From: Phoronis australis | Taxonomy: Eukaryota > Animalia > Phoronida | Direction of reading: 5' to 3' | Assembly (NCBI GenBank): GCA_002633005.1 | Contig: NMRA01000303.1 | Span: forward strand, 459,947 to 520,930 | Length of the DNA stretch: 60,984 nucleotides | Part shown: positions 13,753 to 26,879 of the stretch, in pieces | Layout: every line of letters begins with the position of its first letter | Position numbering within the stretch: position 1 is the first letter of the stretch | Position numbers and translations under genes: made by a program | Notes under the pieces: generated by a model | What the model was told of the DNA's origin: nothing | Databases searched by the model: none | The model's input: only the letters and a program-made list of their open reading frames with translations

Positions 13753-13820
13753 TATATTGATCTGTAATATATACATATTTGATCTGTAATACATACATAT
13801 TTGATCTGTAATACATACAT
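13753..13820. repeat. Short tandem repeat, ~22-bp unit (ATATTTGATCTGTAATACATAC) x3
   Basis: Directly visible, intronic. Confidence 0.85.
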
Positions 13821-14005
13821 AGTATTTAAATGTGATGTGCCTGTCAAAATGCCTCAGACAACGTGCCGGCCAGTAATGACACACAGACTCTTCATTTCAG
13901 CATTTTGATTTCATTCACTAAATTAATTGGCAAACTACATAGAATGTGCAACTTTAAACGCATGATCTTTTTTACATTTGACATTTGAAATGTACACCTA
14001 TTTAG

Positions 14006-14305
14006 GTATGCAACAACGGAATTGTGACTTTCGACGGCGTCGTTACGTGGTACACGCCTCGTCCTATGTCAAGCTCTTCCCAGAACAAGAGGATAATAGC
14101 CGTATACTGGGCAGATATCGACACGAGGTTTGGAGTTGGGAGAGTTTACTATGGAAAGCACACTAGCGGATCAATATTGCAACGCGGCAAAAAGTTGGTA
14201 AAACGTGCGCTGCAGGGCATTCCTAATTTCTCCCCGAAGATTGTGATCGTTATCACGTGGTACAAATGCACGTTCCAAGGAGCCAACTTTCTGGGTCGCA
14301 CGAAG
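14006..14305 (+). CDS. NIDO + CBM14-like gene 1, exon
   Basis: TTTAG acceptor, GTACGT donor, 100 codons: VCNNGIVTF...IIAVYWADIDTRFGVGRVYY...VIVITW (NIDO motifs). Confidence 0.93.
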
Positions 14306-15282
14306 GTACGTACACATAGTACACACCGTGGAAAGGCAAATGGAGTAGATCGTTTAACATAACTAGGAAAACTCGTTGTTGTGGAAAGTCTGATAGGATA
14401 TAGTTAATTTTTATCAACACGGTATTGGAGAAATTATATTTAAGAGGTAACAGATAATACCAACCGATAAAACTGACAAACACGACCAGACTTTTGTTTA
14501 TAAACACGACCAAACTCGGGGTTTAGTGATGTTTCGATGGGTTTGGCAACCAATACAGAGCAGCAAATTCTGGCAAAAGTTTGTTCGCCAACAAGACCAA
14601 ACTTGGAGATACTTGAATGAATTTGGAAATGGAAGTAGCTGCTTTGTTTTTGAATATTTTCCACCAAGATTTGCCAAACAGTTTGCAAGCTAATGCGCAT
14701 GAACAAACTTCATCAAATTAGTTTTGTCGGGTTTATCAACACGTCCACATTGGCAGACATTTGTTTTCCATTTTGACCAATCCTGAAATTGGTCAAATTT
14801 GCAAACAAATCATTTCCAAAGAAAGCGGGCCTTAAGACTCAGGTTTTAACACCTGAGAATATTGAGAGCAGAAACCGCTTCATCAGTGTGGGGCACGTGT
14901 TGACTAACGGTACCAGGTACTACCTGAATGCATGCACCTTTATAGCTGGAACAGCCACCTATTCAAAATCCTGTATACTATGACCGTTACAGCAAGACTC
15001 ATATCATATATTTGCGTTGGATTGAAACTGTTTATTGTAATTAAATTATTATCGTTGGAAGTAGTGGTGCACAGTTAATCGAATATATCTTTTATGCTGT
15101 CGTTTTACACGTGTAAGAAACATACACCATTCTGAAGTACATGAATGCGACCAAAAGATTAAACCAAGCCTAAGGCTATGAAATAACAACTGAAACTTAA
15201 GTTTTGATGATGGTAGACTTAATCACACTGTTTTGTGTTTTCGAAGAAGCAGTCCTTTTCCAATTGGGATAATTCATTTCAG

Positions 15283-15420
15283 CTTAATACCTTTCAACTT
15301 GTACTCGTCTCGGACGGACCTAGAACTTTTGGCTTTAAAATTTATGACCGTCTTCAGTGGACGACTGGTGCGGCGAGTGGAGGATCAGCATCCACTGGCT
15401 TAGGAGGGACAGAGGCGGCG
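15283..15420 (+). CDS. NIDO + CBM14-like gene 1, exon (NIDO core)
   Basis: TTTCAG acceptor, GTAAGT donor. LNTFQLVLVSDGPRTFGFKIYDRLQWTTGAASGG..GLGG is the canonical NIDO signature. Confidence 0.95.
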
Positions 15421-15893
15421 GTAAGTTGTTGCCCATCTGTTATCAGTTTTGAGAACTACGAGTGTTTGTAAACCCGGATTTTAGGTAGACATGTTCTATA
15501 TGTAAGCAGTGAGCGCTTTGCAGTGTGCCGAAAATTGTGCCCGGTGCACGTACAAGTCACGCACTGCATAGTTGGCCGAGCGGTGACATGTATGGCATAT
15601 ATCAATTATATTAAACATGTAGGTCTAGGACATGAATGTGCCGGACCTTCCCAGTTTTCTAGCAAAACAAGTTACTGTCTACATGAACGTCATGTGTTGC
15701 ACACATTGCTTTTGTCTTTAAATCCTACCTTGAGATGGTGTGCATTGCAACGGAATTATAATTTGATGAAATCTAAAGTTGAAAATAATACGGATTGGTT
15801 TCATAGGATGCAACGCAGAATTGAGTTAATAACCATCGTACAGTCGACTAGTACATGTATATGTTCTGTATAAATTGATCCACACCATTTCAG

Positions 15894-16059
15894 ATGGGAT
15901 TTTCCAATCGCTACTCTAGTTACCAATGGTACCAAGTTCCTGGCTTTTCTTTTACTCCTAATGCACTGATGATGACGAAGGTCACCAACATACAAGGGCC
16001 TTACGTGCCCGGATGGACAGGATGTTGGCTGGACCAGTACAACTTGATTGGGAAATTAG
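15894..16059 (+). CDS. NIDO + CBM14-like gene 1, exon (end of NIDO)
   Basis: TTTCAG acceptor, GTAATA donor (phase 1). MGFSN...TNIQGPYVPGWTGCW fits the NIDO C-terminus. Confidence 0.85.
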
Positions 16060-16284
16060 GTAATAATGTCACCTTGCCCTAATACGAGTTGTGAGAACGG
16101 CGGGAAAGTGTGGGTTATGTACTGGAAACAAGTCAAGTTTCACTGGTCAATCACTTCCGCACCAAATCACGTGATTCTAATGCTATTACCGATATGCACA
16201 ATTTTCTCCAACAGTGAGAAATACATATCTTGCAAGAGCTTTGCCAACGGAAGCTTTAAACAAAATTTTTCGATTCTCTTACAG

Positions 16285-16520
16285 CACCAGTCATGAGATG
16301 CCTGCGTAGACAGAGATGTTGCCTTATGCAGGGAAACCGATATCAGCCAGCACCGATCCCCGGATGTACAAAGTTCTACCAATGGGATTACTTGAACTCC
16401 ATTCCGTGGCCAACCCCACAGTCCTGTCCGGCAGGCACACGTTTTGACGTGTTCCCGACAATTTGCACTTGTAATTGGAAGGCAAACGTCAACAAGAGAA
16501 CGTGCATGTCAAACTTGTAA
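16285..16520 (+). CDS. NIDO + CBM14-like gene 1, last exon: 8-Cys chitin-binding type-2-like domain
   Basis: TTACAG acceptor (phase 1 matches the previous donor). CLRRQRCC...PGCTKFYQW...SCPAGTRFDVFPTICTCNW...C then TAA. AATAAA signals at ~16696 and ~16748. Confidence 0.88.
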
Positions 16521-19060
16521 TTGTTGGCGTGTCGTGTAATTATCGACATAAACCCCTTTCCAGAACCCAGACAGAAACAGGTATTATTAAATAGTTTGAA
16601 TTACAACTTAATGGACATGATAAATAACCTTCGTACGTGGTGGGATTGACAATGTGTTTTTAAAATACGTAAATGTGATTACTTGCGATACAAAAAATAA
16701 AGACTTTCTGCACTGCTATTTTGAGCTTATTTTGGTGCCAGAAAAAGAATAAAACTGCTTAGGAGACGGTCATTTAACTTTTTACGTAGAACAAGAACCG
16801 TTATTTACAACAGGGTTCTGCTTGATAGCGATCATTTCGATCAGATTCGTCTTCAGAAGTAAATTCACAATCCGTATATATCACTTCATTGGTAACATTT
16901 AAATAGCCAGAAATTCAGTTTTTCATGTAGCATCTATTCAAAATCAACTGCAAGGTTACCGAGCAGAGGATCTTGTGCGTGACATTTTCTGGATTAGAGT
17001 ATTCGAATTCCACAAATCTAGGCTATGGGATGCAAACGCATAGATTTTTGGCTTTCCTTACAAAATTCAAGAGAATTTTACTTGGTTTTAGTATTATCGC
17101 CACCTATCATGCAGGCCAACATAGGTTAGTCAACTGTAATGCAACGGGCATCTTTTTCTGAGTTCTTCATTTTAAATCTAAAATCTACCTATACGTATGC
17201 TTTACGAATGCATTGAAGGTCGGCTTTTAACGTTTATCCTTATACATATATTTGCGATATACACGTCGATGTACACGCTACGTCGATAAGTTATGGAATT
17301 TTTCTTCTGCTTGTAAGATACACTTTGATTAAGTACACGCTAGACATAACGCTATTTTTATTGTGAAGCAAAGTTAGGGGCTTCAGTGAGTATACAGTAC
17401 ACTGGACACTTGGACACGCTATTACATATCACCGAACTGAATAGTCCTTTCAAGGTGTGAGTAATATAACATGGCAATTAGGTCTGAACAGTTCGTGAAA
17501 CAGCTGATCCAAATTACAGCTATTTCCCACAAAACCTGGACAATTTGGCGGGGAAAACTCTATGCACACATTTCTATAAGGAATCCAAACGTGGACTTTG
17601 TTTTCGTGCACAAAATGGCGCAAAATTAAATCAATATAGATTATTACATGGTGAAGTCGTTATCCTCCGTTATCTAGAGCCCGAGTGGATTTTGGAGAAT
17701 TATCGCCCGAGGGAAAACATTGCAATGAATCGATCTACCTTTCTCGACTTGCCTCGGCTTTGTAACTACTTTCTATGTTCGAGGCCCGGGATCGGAGGTC
17801 GTGACCTTTTATGAAAAGCCGACTATTTTTGTAAAATAATGCTTTTACACAAAACCAATTGAAAAATAAAACAAATTAAAAATAAAGTGAATTTATAAAT
17901 TAAGGCTTAGCAACTATTATAGCTTATTACACATGTTATCACGCTAAACTTCGACAGGGAATATATCGTCTGCTAAAGTAGGTTATCACTAATAACTGAC
18001 TATAATGCTCAAGTCAAGGGATCCCGACCACACGACACCTGCATTCAAATTGGAGATCGGTGATTTACAAGTGAGAGAACATGAGAGAAAATTTTCACTG
18101 AATTGAAATATCGTTTTTATGGAAATTATGCGTCTTATTTTTCATAGCGTATAAATGTCAGTGCAATGCCCTTTGCTGAACATGCGATTGTTGCGCGTGT
18201 TCATTTAAGTACTCTGTTTTCATATTCGATGACGTCAGCCGCTGAGTGGTAGTGGTAAAGTCTGTTAAGGCCTGGGTTCGAATCCGTCCTCGTTTTCCCG
18301 CTCTCACTAGTGAGATAACTTTTTGGGTTATTACACGGTTGTATTTGCCATTCGAGACTAATATTGTGGTATAAAACATTTTAAATTTTCAAGCAACTCT
18401 TATTTTAAAGTCCTTCTCTCACGCGTTGTTAACCCTTATTACATGGTTAGAAGATGTTATAAGGATCCAAGAAGTACCTACCCCATAACTAATACACCAT
18501 CCGTACTCGAAAAAAGTTTAAATGAACGCGCCACTCACCATTCGCACCCGAAGAACCAGCGCCATTTTGAAATTGCCGCGAACCCGAAGTACAATTCATT
18601 CAGGAACCCAGGCCGAGAAAACGCCGTCAGTGCGACTGGACCAGTGCCTGTACTGTTACCAGCCAGCGAACGGGGACACAATAATCGACAGCGCGTCTTA
18701 ATTTTGATAAAATCAAACTACGGACAATTTTATGGAATTTCCTGAAGAAATGTGGCGAATAAATTTGATAGAAATTATTCTGCCAGACTCGGGACCGCGG
18801 CCTCTCGGACCCGGTACGGATCGAGACCAGACACTGGCGAACGGTAAATGCATGCGGTTGCAAGCTGTTTTGTCGAAGTAAAATGGTCAAATCATAAATG
18901 CTGCATATATTCAAGGGTAGTTTCAGACACTTGCATGAAATTACGGGCTGGTTAGTCCTGTGTCACATTGCCGCGGCAGACCTTAGTTAGCCTCAGTCAT
19001 CAGCTACCAGTGAAGACTATCGTCAAAATACAGCTTGTTAGTAGGCCTATACAGCTTTGC

Positions 19061-19452
19061 NNNNNNNNNNNNNNNNNNNNNNNNNNNNNNNNNNNNNNNN
19101 NNNNNNNNNNNNNNNNNNNNNNNNNNNNNNNNNNNNNNNNNNNNNNNNNNNNNNNNNNNNNNNNNNNNNNNNNNNNNNNNNNNNNNNNNNNNNNNNNNNN
19201 NNNNNNNNNNNNNNNNNNNNNNNNNNNNNNNNNNNNNNNNNNNNNNNNNNNNNNNNNNNNNNNNNNNNNNNNNNNNNNNNNNNNNNNNNNNNNNNNNNNN
19301 NNNNNNNNNNNNNNNNNNNNNNNNNNNNNNNNNNNNNNNNNNNNNNNNNNNNNNNNNNNNNNNNNNNNNNNNNNNNNNNNNNNNNNNNNNNNNNNNNNNN
19401 NNNNNNNNNNNNNNNNNNNNNNNNNNNNNNNNNNNNNNNNNNNNNNNNNNNN
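19061..19452. other. Assembly gap (392 N)
   Basis: Run of N. ORFs crossing it are artefacts. Confidence 1.
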
Positions 19453-22400
19453 TTACAAGGAAAAAATGGCGGCGTTCAGGACAAGTTCCTGAACTGATGA
19501 GCCGGAAATGTAGGTACGGAAATAACCGATGACAACCGGAAATCATACGCTCAGAGAGAAGGGTTAAATACTGTTAAAAATCACTTTTGGCAAGAAAGGC
19601 GAAAAGAATATAAAGAAAGGGTGTCGAAAATAAGAATTTATGTAGTAAGTATTTTCGGATACTGGAACCACATGGGCAGTTTGAGAGAAGGACTTTAACC
19701 CTGTCAGATTAAAGTACAATAAAGATTAAGCGAAAAGACTTGTGGTTTTCTGGATCGTTCAGAGTTTCCTGCTTACCAACTCCGGACGATCCATCACAGT
19801 AATATAATGTTATTTTAGATGGATTTTAAAAGGAAACGTGTTTGTATTAATTAAGGACAGCAAACAGGTATATATTCCGCAACGAGCACTCACACACGCG
19901 CACGTACAAACGCACACACGTATTACTTGATGGTGAAACAAAGGAAAGTGCTGGCGGGTCACACAGTCTTTCAGGAAATGGCAAGAATAAGTGGTCTCCT
20001 CCTTGAACGTTTCGTAAACGCTGATCAAAAGATATCTGAAAAAATGAGCGTATTGCCTCTACTGTGAAATAATGAATTGAATGAACCATTATTAATATTA
20101 TTCCATTAACACCTTTGTAAGTGAAAAATTCATTTTTAAGAAAGGTATGTACATTCAAAGCAAAATAACGCCTCGGTCGATTTTAATGAAACCTTTTTAA
20201 ATGAGAATTTTGCCAGTTACCTAAAAGTGCTCTTAGGAAACTTCAATTAGATTTTAGTTTGGATGCGCGGTTCCAAGGTGGTTCTGCTAAATCATTTTTT
20301 CTGGCTACACGGTATGTACAGTGCATTTCGTATTTGAAGTTCCCCGAGAATGAAGACAAGGTATTTTGCTAGGCATATGTGAAATATTGTAAAAATGGCC
20401 AATTTTTACAGATAAGGTTTATGGTATCCTTAAAATGCCAGTGAATCTAATATGTCTGCTTGGTCCATTGTGCATTTTGACACAGGAACTTTGTGTGGTG
20501 GTGTGATAATTGGTCTAAGCTCCCAGATTCCATCAGTAATCTAACATTCAAGCCTGATGAGCAGCCCTACAGGGAAATTTTCAGAGATGTGGTTAAAATG
20601 ACAACTAGACACTTTTTAAGTCAATTTCATTTCGTGACGAACATGTAAATGAATAATCCGAGTTTTACACAATACAAAAATTCAAAATTCGGTGTCAAAA
20701 ATCTAAAATTCAGTGTATAAATCCTCCTTAACAAAATAGGCATCAAATCAGGTAAAACGCACCGATCAAATAAAAGACAAAGAAATCAGAAAAAAGAAGC
20801 ATCATTGTTCTCATAGTTAAGGAAATTTAGACTGGTCTTTCGGGCATATTTTCTAAATAGAGATCAATCTTGAAGGCTATATCAGTCACATGGACCTAGT
20901 GAGAGCAATGTCATCTTAGCCCCAAGGCCGAGTAATGGTACCTAAAGCCGACCTGATATGTCTATGCTTGTACAAGTACTGCTGCTTCTTTGCTTTGATA
21001 TTTTGCGTCTCTTATTATTTGGCGTCAGGATGTTGTTCCCTGCTAAGGTGCACTGTCATCACCACAACAGGGCATCTACCGTTTGATGGGCTGGCTCAAA
21101 ATCGTACTGCGTGTTGGCCTATCGGAAGGACAGAAGTATCAGAAGTCATGTCATATAACTGGCGAAATATTGTCCGGTGGGCATCGAGCAACACTGCACT
21201 CCCTCCGTCCACATGATATTACATGACATATATCATGTATAATATATCACAGCCAAAGTTCCATATTGTAAATGATCATGGACTTTACATAACAGAAGTT
21301 CATGAAATAATACAGCAGTCAAACTAAATTCGCATAGAGTGTGCAAACTTGAATGTGCGATTTCTACTTGCTATTGGCCAGAATATTACAGATCACCGTT
21401 GAGGCTGGAAAATTCCAACAACGGAATGACCTCCGAATGGATCAAGTCATGTATAAACAATCCTTTGAATTAATATTAGCCGAGTCTGCTGCATTCGATA
21501 GCGACATAACATTTCCCCAATATAGCATTCACCCTGCCTTACGATATCCAAACGAAAACTCTAAATGGATTGACGGTGGCAGTATCTCTCCTATGCGACT
21601 TAAAGACCCGAAGCCAGCATTGCGCAGGGGGTGGTTCGACGAATTTCTTGAACTGCGGACCTTTGATATTTTGCAAACGTCGACACGGTGGAGTTTTCAT
21701 TAAGGTCCTCAGTTGATGCAGCTCAATCAGGGGAAAGGACATTTGTATACACAACGATGACTCTCAGCTCTATGTTTTTGAGATGAGACGGAGTTAGTAA
21801 TACCAGAGATGAGGATGCCGTGACGTTTGCTCGCAACGAGCGGGACTCATTTCGGATGTAATGTGGTCCAAACGTTATGGTGTTACTTCCTGCCAAATTT
21901 TCAAATCAGACAAACTTAAATGAGTAATTACACCTACTCGGACAGAAATATTTAGTCGGAGAGTAACTTGACGAAATGTTTTATCTAGTTATATTTTTGT
22001 GTGTTACTTAAATTGCTTACGTTGTTGGAAATGGGAACAGCCCACTACTCACCATTTGGTTCGCCATTCCGAAGGCTCCCTACCACCAAAAATATAACTT
22101 TTTCAACTCATGTGTGATTTTTACACTTTAACAAGCAAAAATGAATGATACATACACTGAACGGTGAACCTGCACATGTATACCGAAAACAACGCCCATG
22201 TACTAAAATGCTTTGTTTGGATTTCATGCACGGAAATAGAGAACATTATTGCATTATAAAATATGGAGTGGGAATATTAATGATTTATCAACCACGATAC
22301 ATTCATCAAATCCATGTCAAGGTCGCATCATTTCACAGCACGACTGAAAAGTTTATGGCCGCTGGGCCTGAATATCACCCACCGAAACCACGTACACGGC

Positions 22401-22713
22401 GGGTCGAAATTACATGTAAGCTACCCTGTCCTTGCCAGTCTTCACGAATTCAGTCATTCCCATTCAGTCTTTTTAAATTTAAAACTGTTGGTCGCAGTAG
22501 CCCTAAACCGTGTCCCAGAAGTTGTCCATGCTTGAGGATGAATCGTTAGTTAGATTCAAGAATCACGATTGGCCGTGATTGGAATCGAGCTCATTTGTAA
22601 ACAACAAAATCAATGTATTAAGAACTTGTCAACTTTTGCACAGCCTTTAAATAGTTACTAAATGGACGCAAATACAATAATTCATTCATGTTTGTTACGA
22701 CAATCAGAGTGAT

Positions 22714-22938
22714 GAACTGTGTAGCTCAGTGGTTTGAGGTCGGGACTCCTGTTTGGGAGACCTGAGTTCGAATCCTGGCTTCACTGGCTGCCAATCGATC
22801 ATTGCACAAAGGTGTCACCTACAGGTGTACTCCTCTGAGCTCGGTCTTACTAGTAAATATGCGCAAGGGTGTGAATTAGAACCTGGATACAATGCTATGC
22901 GACTCCTGGGGCCGTGCTTATATTTAAGAAAAAAATAA
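22714..22938 (+). mobile_element. tRNA-derived SINE, copy 1
   Basis: Pol III A box TAGCTCAGTGG (22722) and B box GTTCGAATCC (22766). The body (CTGGCTTCACT..GCACAAAG.TGTC..TCCTCTGAGCTCGGTCTTACT) is shared with the copy at 26485. A-rich tail. Confidence 0.85.
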
Positions 22939-25039
22939 CTGTCTGAGTTCTGGTTTTGAAATTGTGGACATTCAAAGTAGTGAACTTTCGAAGGTGGCGA
23001 ATCTTTGGAGTAATGGTCCTTCAGAGCAGCGAAGCTTCGGAATTGTGGCATCTAACTTTGGAAATCTTTTCCATCAAGTTAGTTGCTCGTATAAAATATG
23101 TGAGGCTGTGCACCATTGACACTATTGACAAGAGAAGTCTATCTCCATCGACCAAAGTTTTTATTGGGTCTAGACCTGCTTTTTCCCAAAAATGTGAAGG
23201 TGCTCGTCGGTGTTTTCTCAGAGCACGCAAACACGGTTATATTTAAATCTGATTTTGAGCAGCGACGGAAGGCTGCCTATAGTTAACTTACCGTCGGTTT
23301 CTACTGAATTTAAAAGGACGGAAACGCGTACACGTGTCAATCCACCAATCCACAATCGAATTGGACACTGGGTGAAAAACAAACCTGCATTTCACAACAG
23401 TTTTGAAAACACCTGCCCTTTACCGTACTATGCTAGCAAGCAATATCAGATAACAAGCCTAGATTTTGCTGATTTGTTTCTTGGTCTATTTTAAGGCATT
23501 CACACCACACTGCGACTTCTTCGGATCTCTCTCGCCGCTATAAAGCTTATTTCTAGACTCCCTTGTTTCCTTACGGTGTAACCACGTGATCAAGGTCGAT
23601 GGGTAACAAGAAGCTTCCTCTAATCGTCTGCACGATCCTGTCACCTACGCAAATACCACTTGGGTGAAGTTGACCGAGTACAGCCCGGTGATCACGTGAA
23701 GCGTTTTAGATCAGAACGCAAATTCATAATTGTTACTAATTTAGTTTTATTGTAGTACGAGTAGCTGCAACAATCTTGTTGTTGTCCACCTGTGTCCCAT
23801 CTTTAACGGATAGACTGGGGCTGGACCTTTTCCGCAGAGGGCGGGGCCGGGGGTCGTTCGAACCCCTCGAATCCGCCCCTCCCCCCTAGCTACAGGCCCG
23901 ACTTAACAAGTGCAACGCGTTGTAAGGCATTGAGAATTAATTTAGACAGTTTTATTTCAGAAATCTTCTCTGTCTAGTCACGTTTTCGTGATAACGCATA
24001 GGACACGCGACCTTTTGAGGCTCGCTGAGATTCAGACCTATTGTTGTGAGTCGAAAAGGTCCTACTCTGGAAATCATCGCACTAAATCTCGCGCGTCTTT
24101 TCTCTGTATCTTCAAAAGTGCAAGAACCACTGGGCCCTGTTTTATCCAAGGTCCTGCTGTAAGTCAGATCGTAGCTGACTATCATATCTTCAATGATATT
24201 TCAATTACATGTAGAACTACTAACAGAACATCGAATATGTTGGAAAATGTTACTAATTTACTTTTGGCTTTGAAAATAAACTCTTTCTGCAACGTTGGAA
24301 GAATATTGTGCTGAAAACACGGCAAGAACACGTTTTTCTATCCAAAACGGAAAGATTCTGGCAACTGGCAAACGATTAGAGAACAGCAGGGATATCTATT
24401 GCTAATGTTACAAACCAAAATGCCTCTTCACAGGCGGCCAAATTACTATAATGTGCATCACATCACAATTATAAATTTTCTAAACATAGACCATCTTAGG
24501 CTATTTATACCTACAACAAGGAGACTATGCTTTTGCCTTTGTGTGTGTGTGCGTGTTTGTGTGTGCGGAGGGTCAAACTGCATGTTCACCAAAGACCTTG
24601 GAGAAACTCCCTCCTGCGGGTGCCATGTCTCTGATGTCTGCTAATCCCTATCTCCCTTTGTGGGCAGATTACAGAGTGTTGAAGGGTAATTCTGTGAATG
24701 TTATAACTGCGTATTATTGAGAAACAACACGACGGGAATTAATTGTGGTGGTTACTGGATTCATGTAAAAAACTTTTACAGGACTAAAATTGGAGTGGGT
24801 CCAGCAAAACACGCTGAAATAGTACCCTCTGTCCGCAATTTTTGGTATGGTGATGCGGTCACCTTTTCAGTATGAATGACTCCCGCCCCGAGTTGTGCTT
24901 TTTGAGTGTGTATTAGTGTAGTTTAACCAAAAAGTTATTGACTGATTTTTATAAAATTTCAGATCTAAAATGAAAACGATTTTGGGGTGCTCCTGGTAGC
25001 CAATCTTCTTGTGCCGCAAGTCATGCGTAACACACTGCA

Positions 25040-25340
25040 TGCAAGGGCGCGGTCATGACACTTTTCAGCACCACCAAGGAGGAGTCCCAATAACGATAAT
25101 ATCCCCCAAACTTTACCGTAGCACAACACGTGTTGAAGGTGTGTCTTCTGTTAGCATTAACACGAAGATCACTAGACGTCTCACTTCATCTGCAAAAGCT
25201 GGTCCTGCATTCTTTGAATATTGCCCGACAAGTGTTTCTCAAGACCTGCAAGTTCACCAATGTCAAGGTTCTTCTGTGCACCAATCCATGGTGACGTTTT
25301 ATTTACTTGTACTATACAATGATAGATCCAGATGACCTTT
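25040..25340 (+). mobile_element. Highly decayed LINE fragment (RTE-like post-RT region)
   Basis: Frameshifted pieces SINTKITRRL..AKAGPAF..QVF resemble the RTE 'EI..RI.KA..AF..L...V' segment. Confidence 0.3.
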
Positions 25341-26484
25341 GGCAATATGCCACCTACATGTACAGTACACACGTGGATACGTAATGTAATACATCGATTC
25401 CAAAGATGAGGTCCCCTTTGGCAGTTCTTCACTTTCTTACTTCGCACACAGATTGCCAGTATTGTCATTTTCTATTACCTCGGTACAATTAATGTGACCT
25501 CACTCAAACATTATTTATGACATCGATATGTAAAGTGAAAAACATTATTTAAACAATAAAAACTCGATCAATCCTCATTCTAGTTGAGTAATTTAACAAA
25601 ATTAAATATATTATAGGTGAAGTAATGCCGTGCCATGAAGTATACAATTTTAGTAATCATATGTGTGTTCCACCAGAACGGGGATACATATATTTGTACA
25701 GGACACCTACCGGAGTTGGTCCAAGTACAGGCACTGGGTATACCCACTGTCTGGAATAATCTCCCAGCTGACACGCCTTTATTGACGCAGGTGCGGAACT
25801 GATATTGTGATATAGGAATGTCCATTTTCAACATGAAAAGCTAAAGTTCACCAGATGAGAATTTGAAAGAAAATAAAAAGTTGCTAACTGCACTTAAACT
25901 TCACTAAACACAGTAGGCCTACCCTATTAAGTAAACTTGTTATACCTCGTCACACGAGTTTCCTTAGCGAGATTCGTGAGTCAGCGAAACTACCCTGATC
26001 GGAGGGGGTTCTGAGGAATCAAATTACACGCAAATTGTTCAAAAGGAAGTCACAATATCTAGATTCCGAAATAGCCGGGTTATAGGCAGCACTCAATAGT
26101 TTTTGAGCCACATTTGAAAGCCCACATTTGAATGCCCCTATTTGAATGCCCCCATACCCCAATATCATAAGGAATTAGCGCCTGCTGGAAAGGCTGAACA
26201 TTTTGATATTTACTGTTGGTGTGCTACCTAGGAATAACATTCACATATTTTTTAACCTGTTTTTGGCAAAACGGTCTGTTCGACACCCATTTTCTTCTCA
26301 ATTTGTTTGATCTGGAGTGTTTCTTACATTCTGAGTGTGTTGTCTGCTGGTGCCTGCATGCGAGTCGTGTCTTTTGGTTGAAAACAGCGAATTTTCTCGT
26401 TTTTTGGCATGACCGGCTAGGTGAGCTGTGGGCATAACAGCAAAAGAAATGCACTTTGACTGCAATTTTTTTAGACTGTAGGAA

Positions 26485-26700
26485 AGCAGCGTGGCTCAGT
26501 GGTTAGAGCTTTGGACTCCCGCATGAGAAACCAGCGTTCAAATCCTGGCTTCACTAGCTGACATTCAAGCACTGCACAAAGATGTCTCCTATTCCTCTGA
26601 GCTCGGTCTTACTTGTGAATGTGTGCAAGGAAGTGAATGAGAACCTGCTGAGGACCATGCTGTATATTAGCCCTTGGCCCTTTTTAAAAGTTAAAAAGCA
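26485..26700 (+). mobile_element. tRNA-derived SINE, copy 2 (same family as 22714)
   Basis: A box TGGCTCAGTGG (26492) and B box GTTCAAATCC (26536). Body is colinear with copy 1. Confidence 0.85.
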
Positions 26701-26879
26701 TTATGTTTGACAACTACCTGCATTTTTCATATAATGCGATTTTGTGGTAGGAAATAAATAAACTGCTTTTCCTCAGCTTACCTTGCCTGGGGAGGCAAAA
26801 CTGAGAAAAAAATAACGATTGACTGCCAGCATAATGAAATTCACCATCCCGCCATAAGGCGATGAGGTCTTTGGTGGAC

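Noticed and set aside
18225-18300. tRNA-like B box GGTTCGAATCC
   Set aside because: No convincing cloverleaf or A box; at most a decayed SINE head. The 22714 and 26485 heads are likewise SINEs, not tRNA genes.
18968-19546. Long ORFs in the track
   Set aside because: Artefacts of the N gap.
18433-19563. piggyBac-like ends TTAA-CCCTT...AAGGG-TTAA
   Set aside because: Only 5 bp of inverted match and the interval spans the gap; insufficient evidence.
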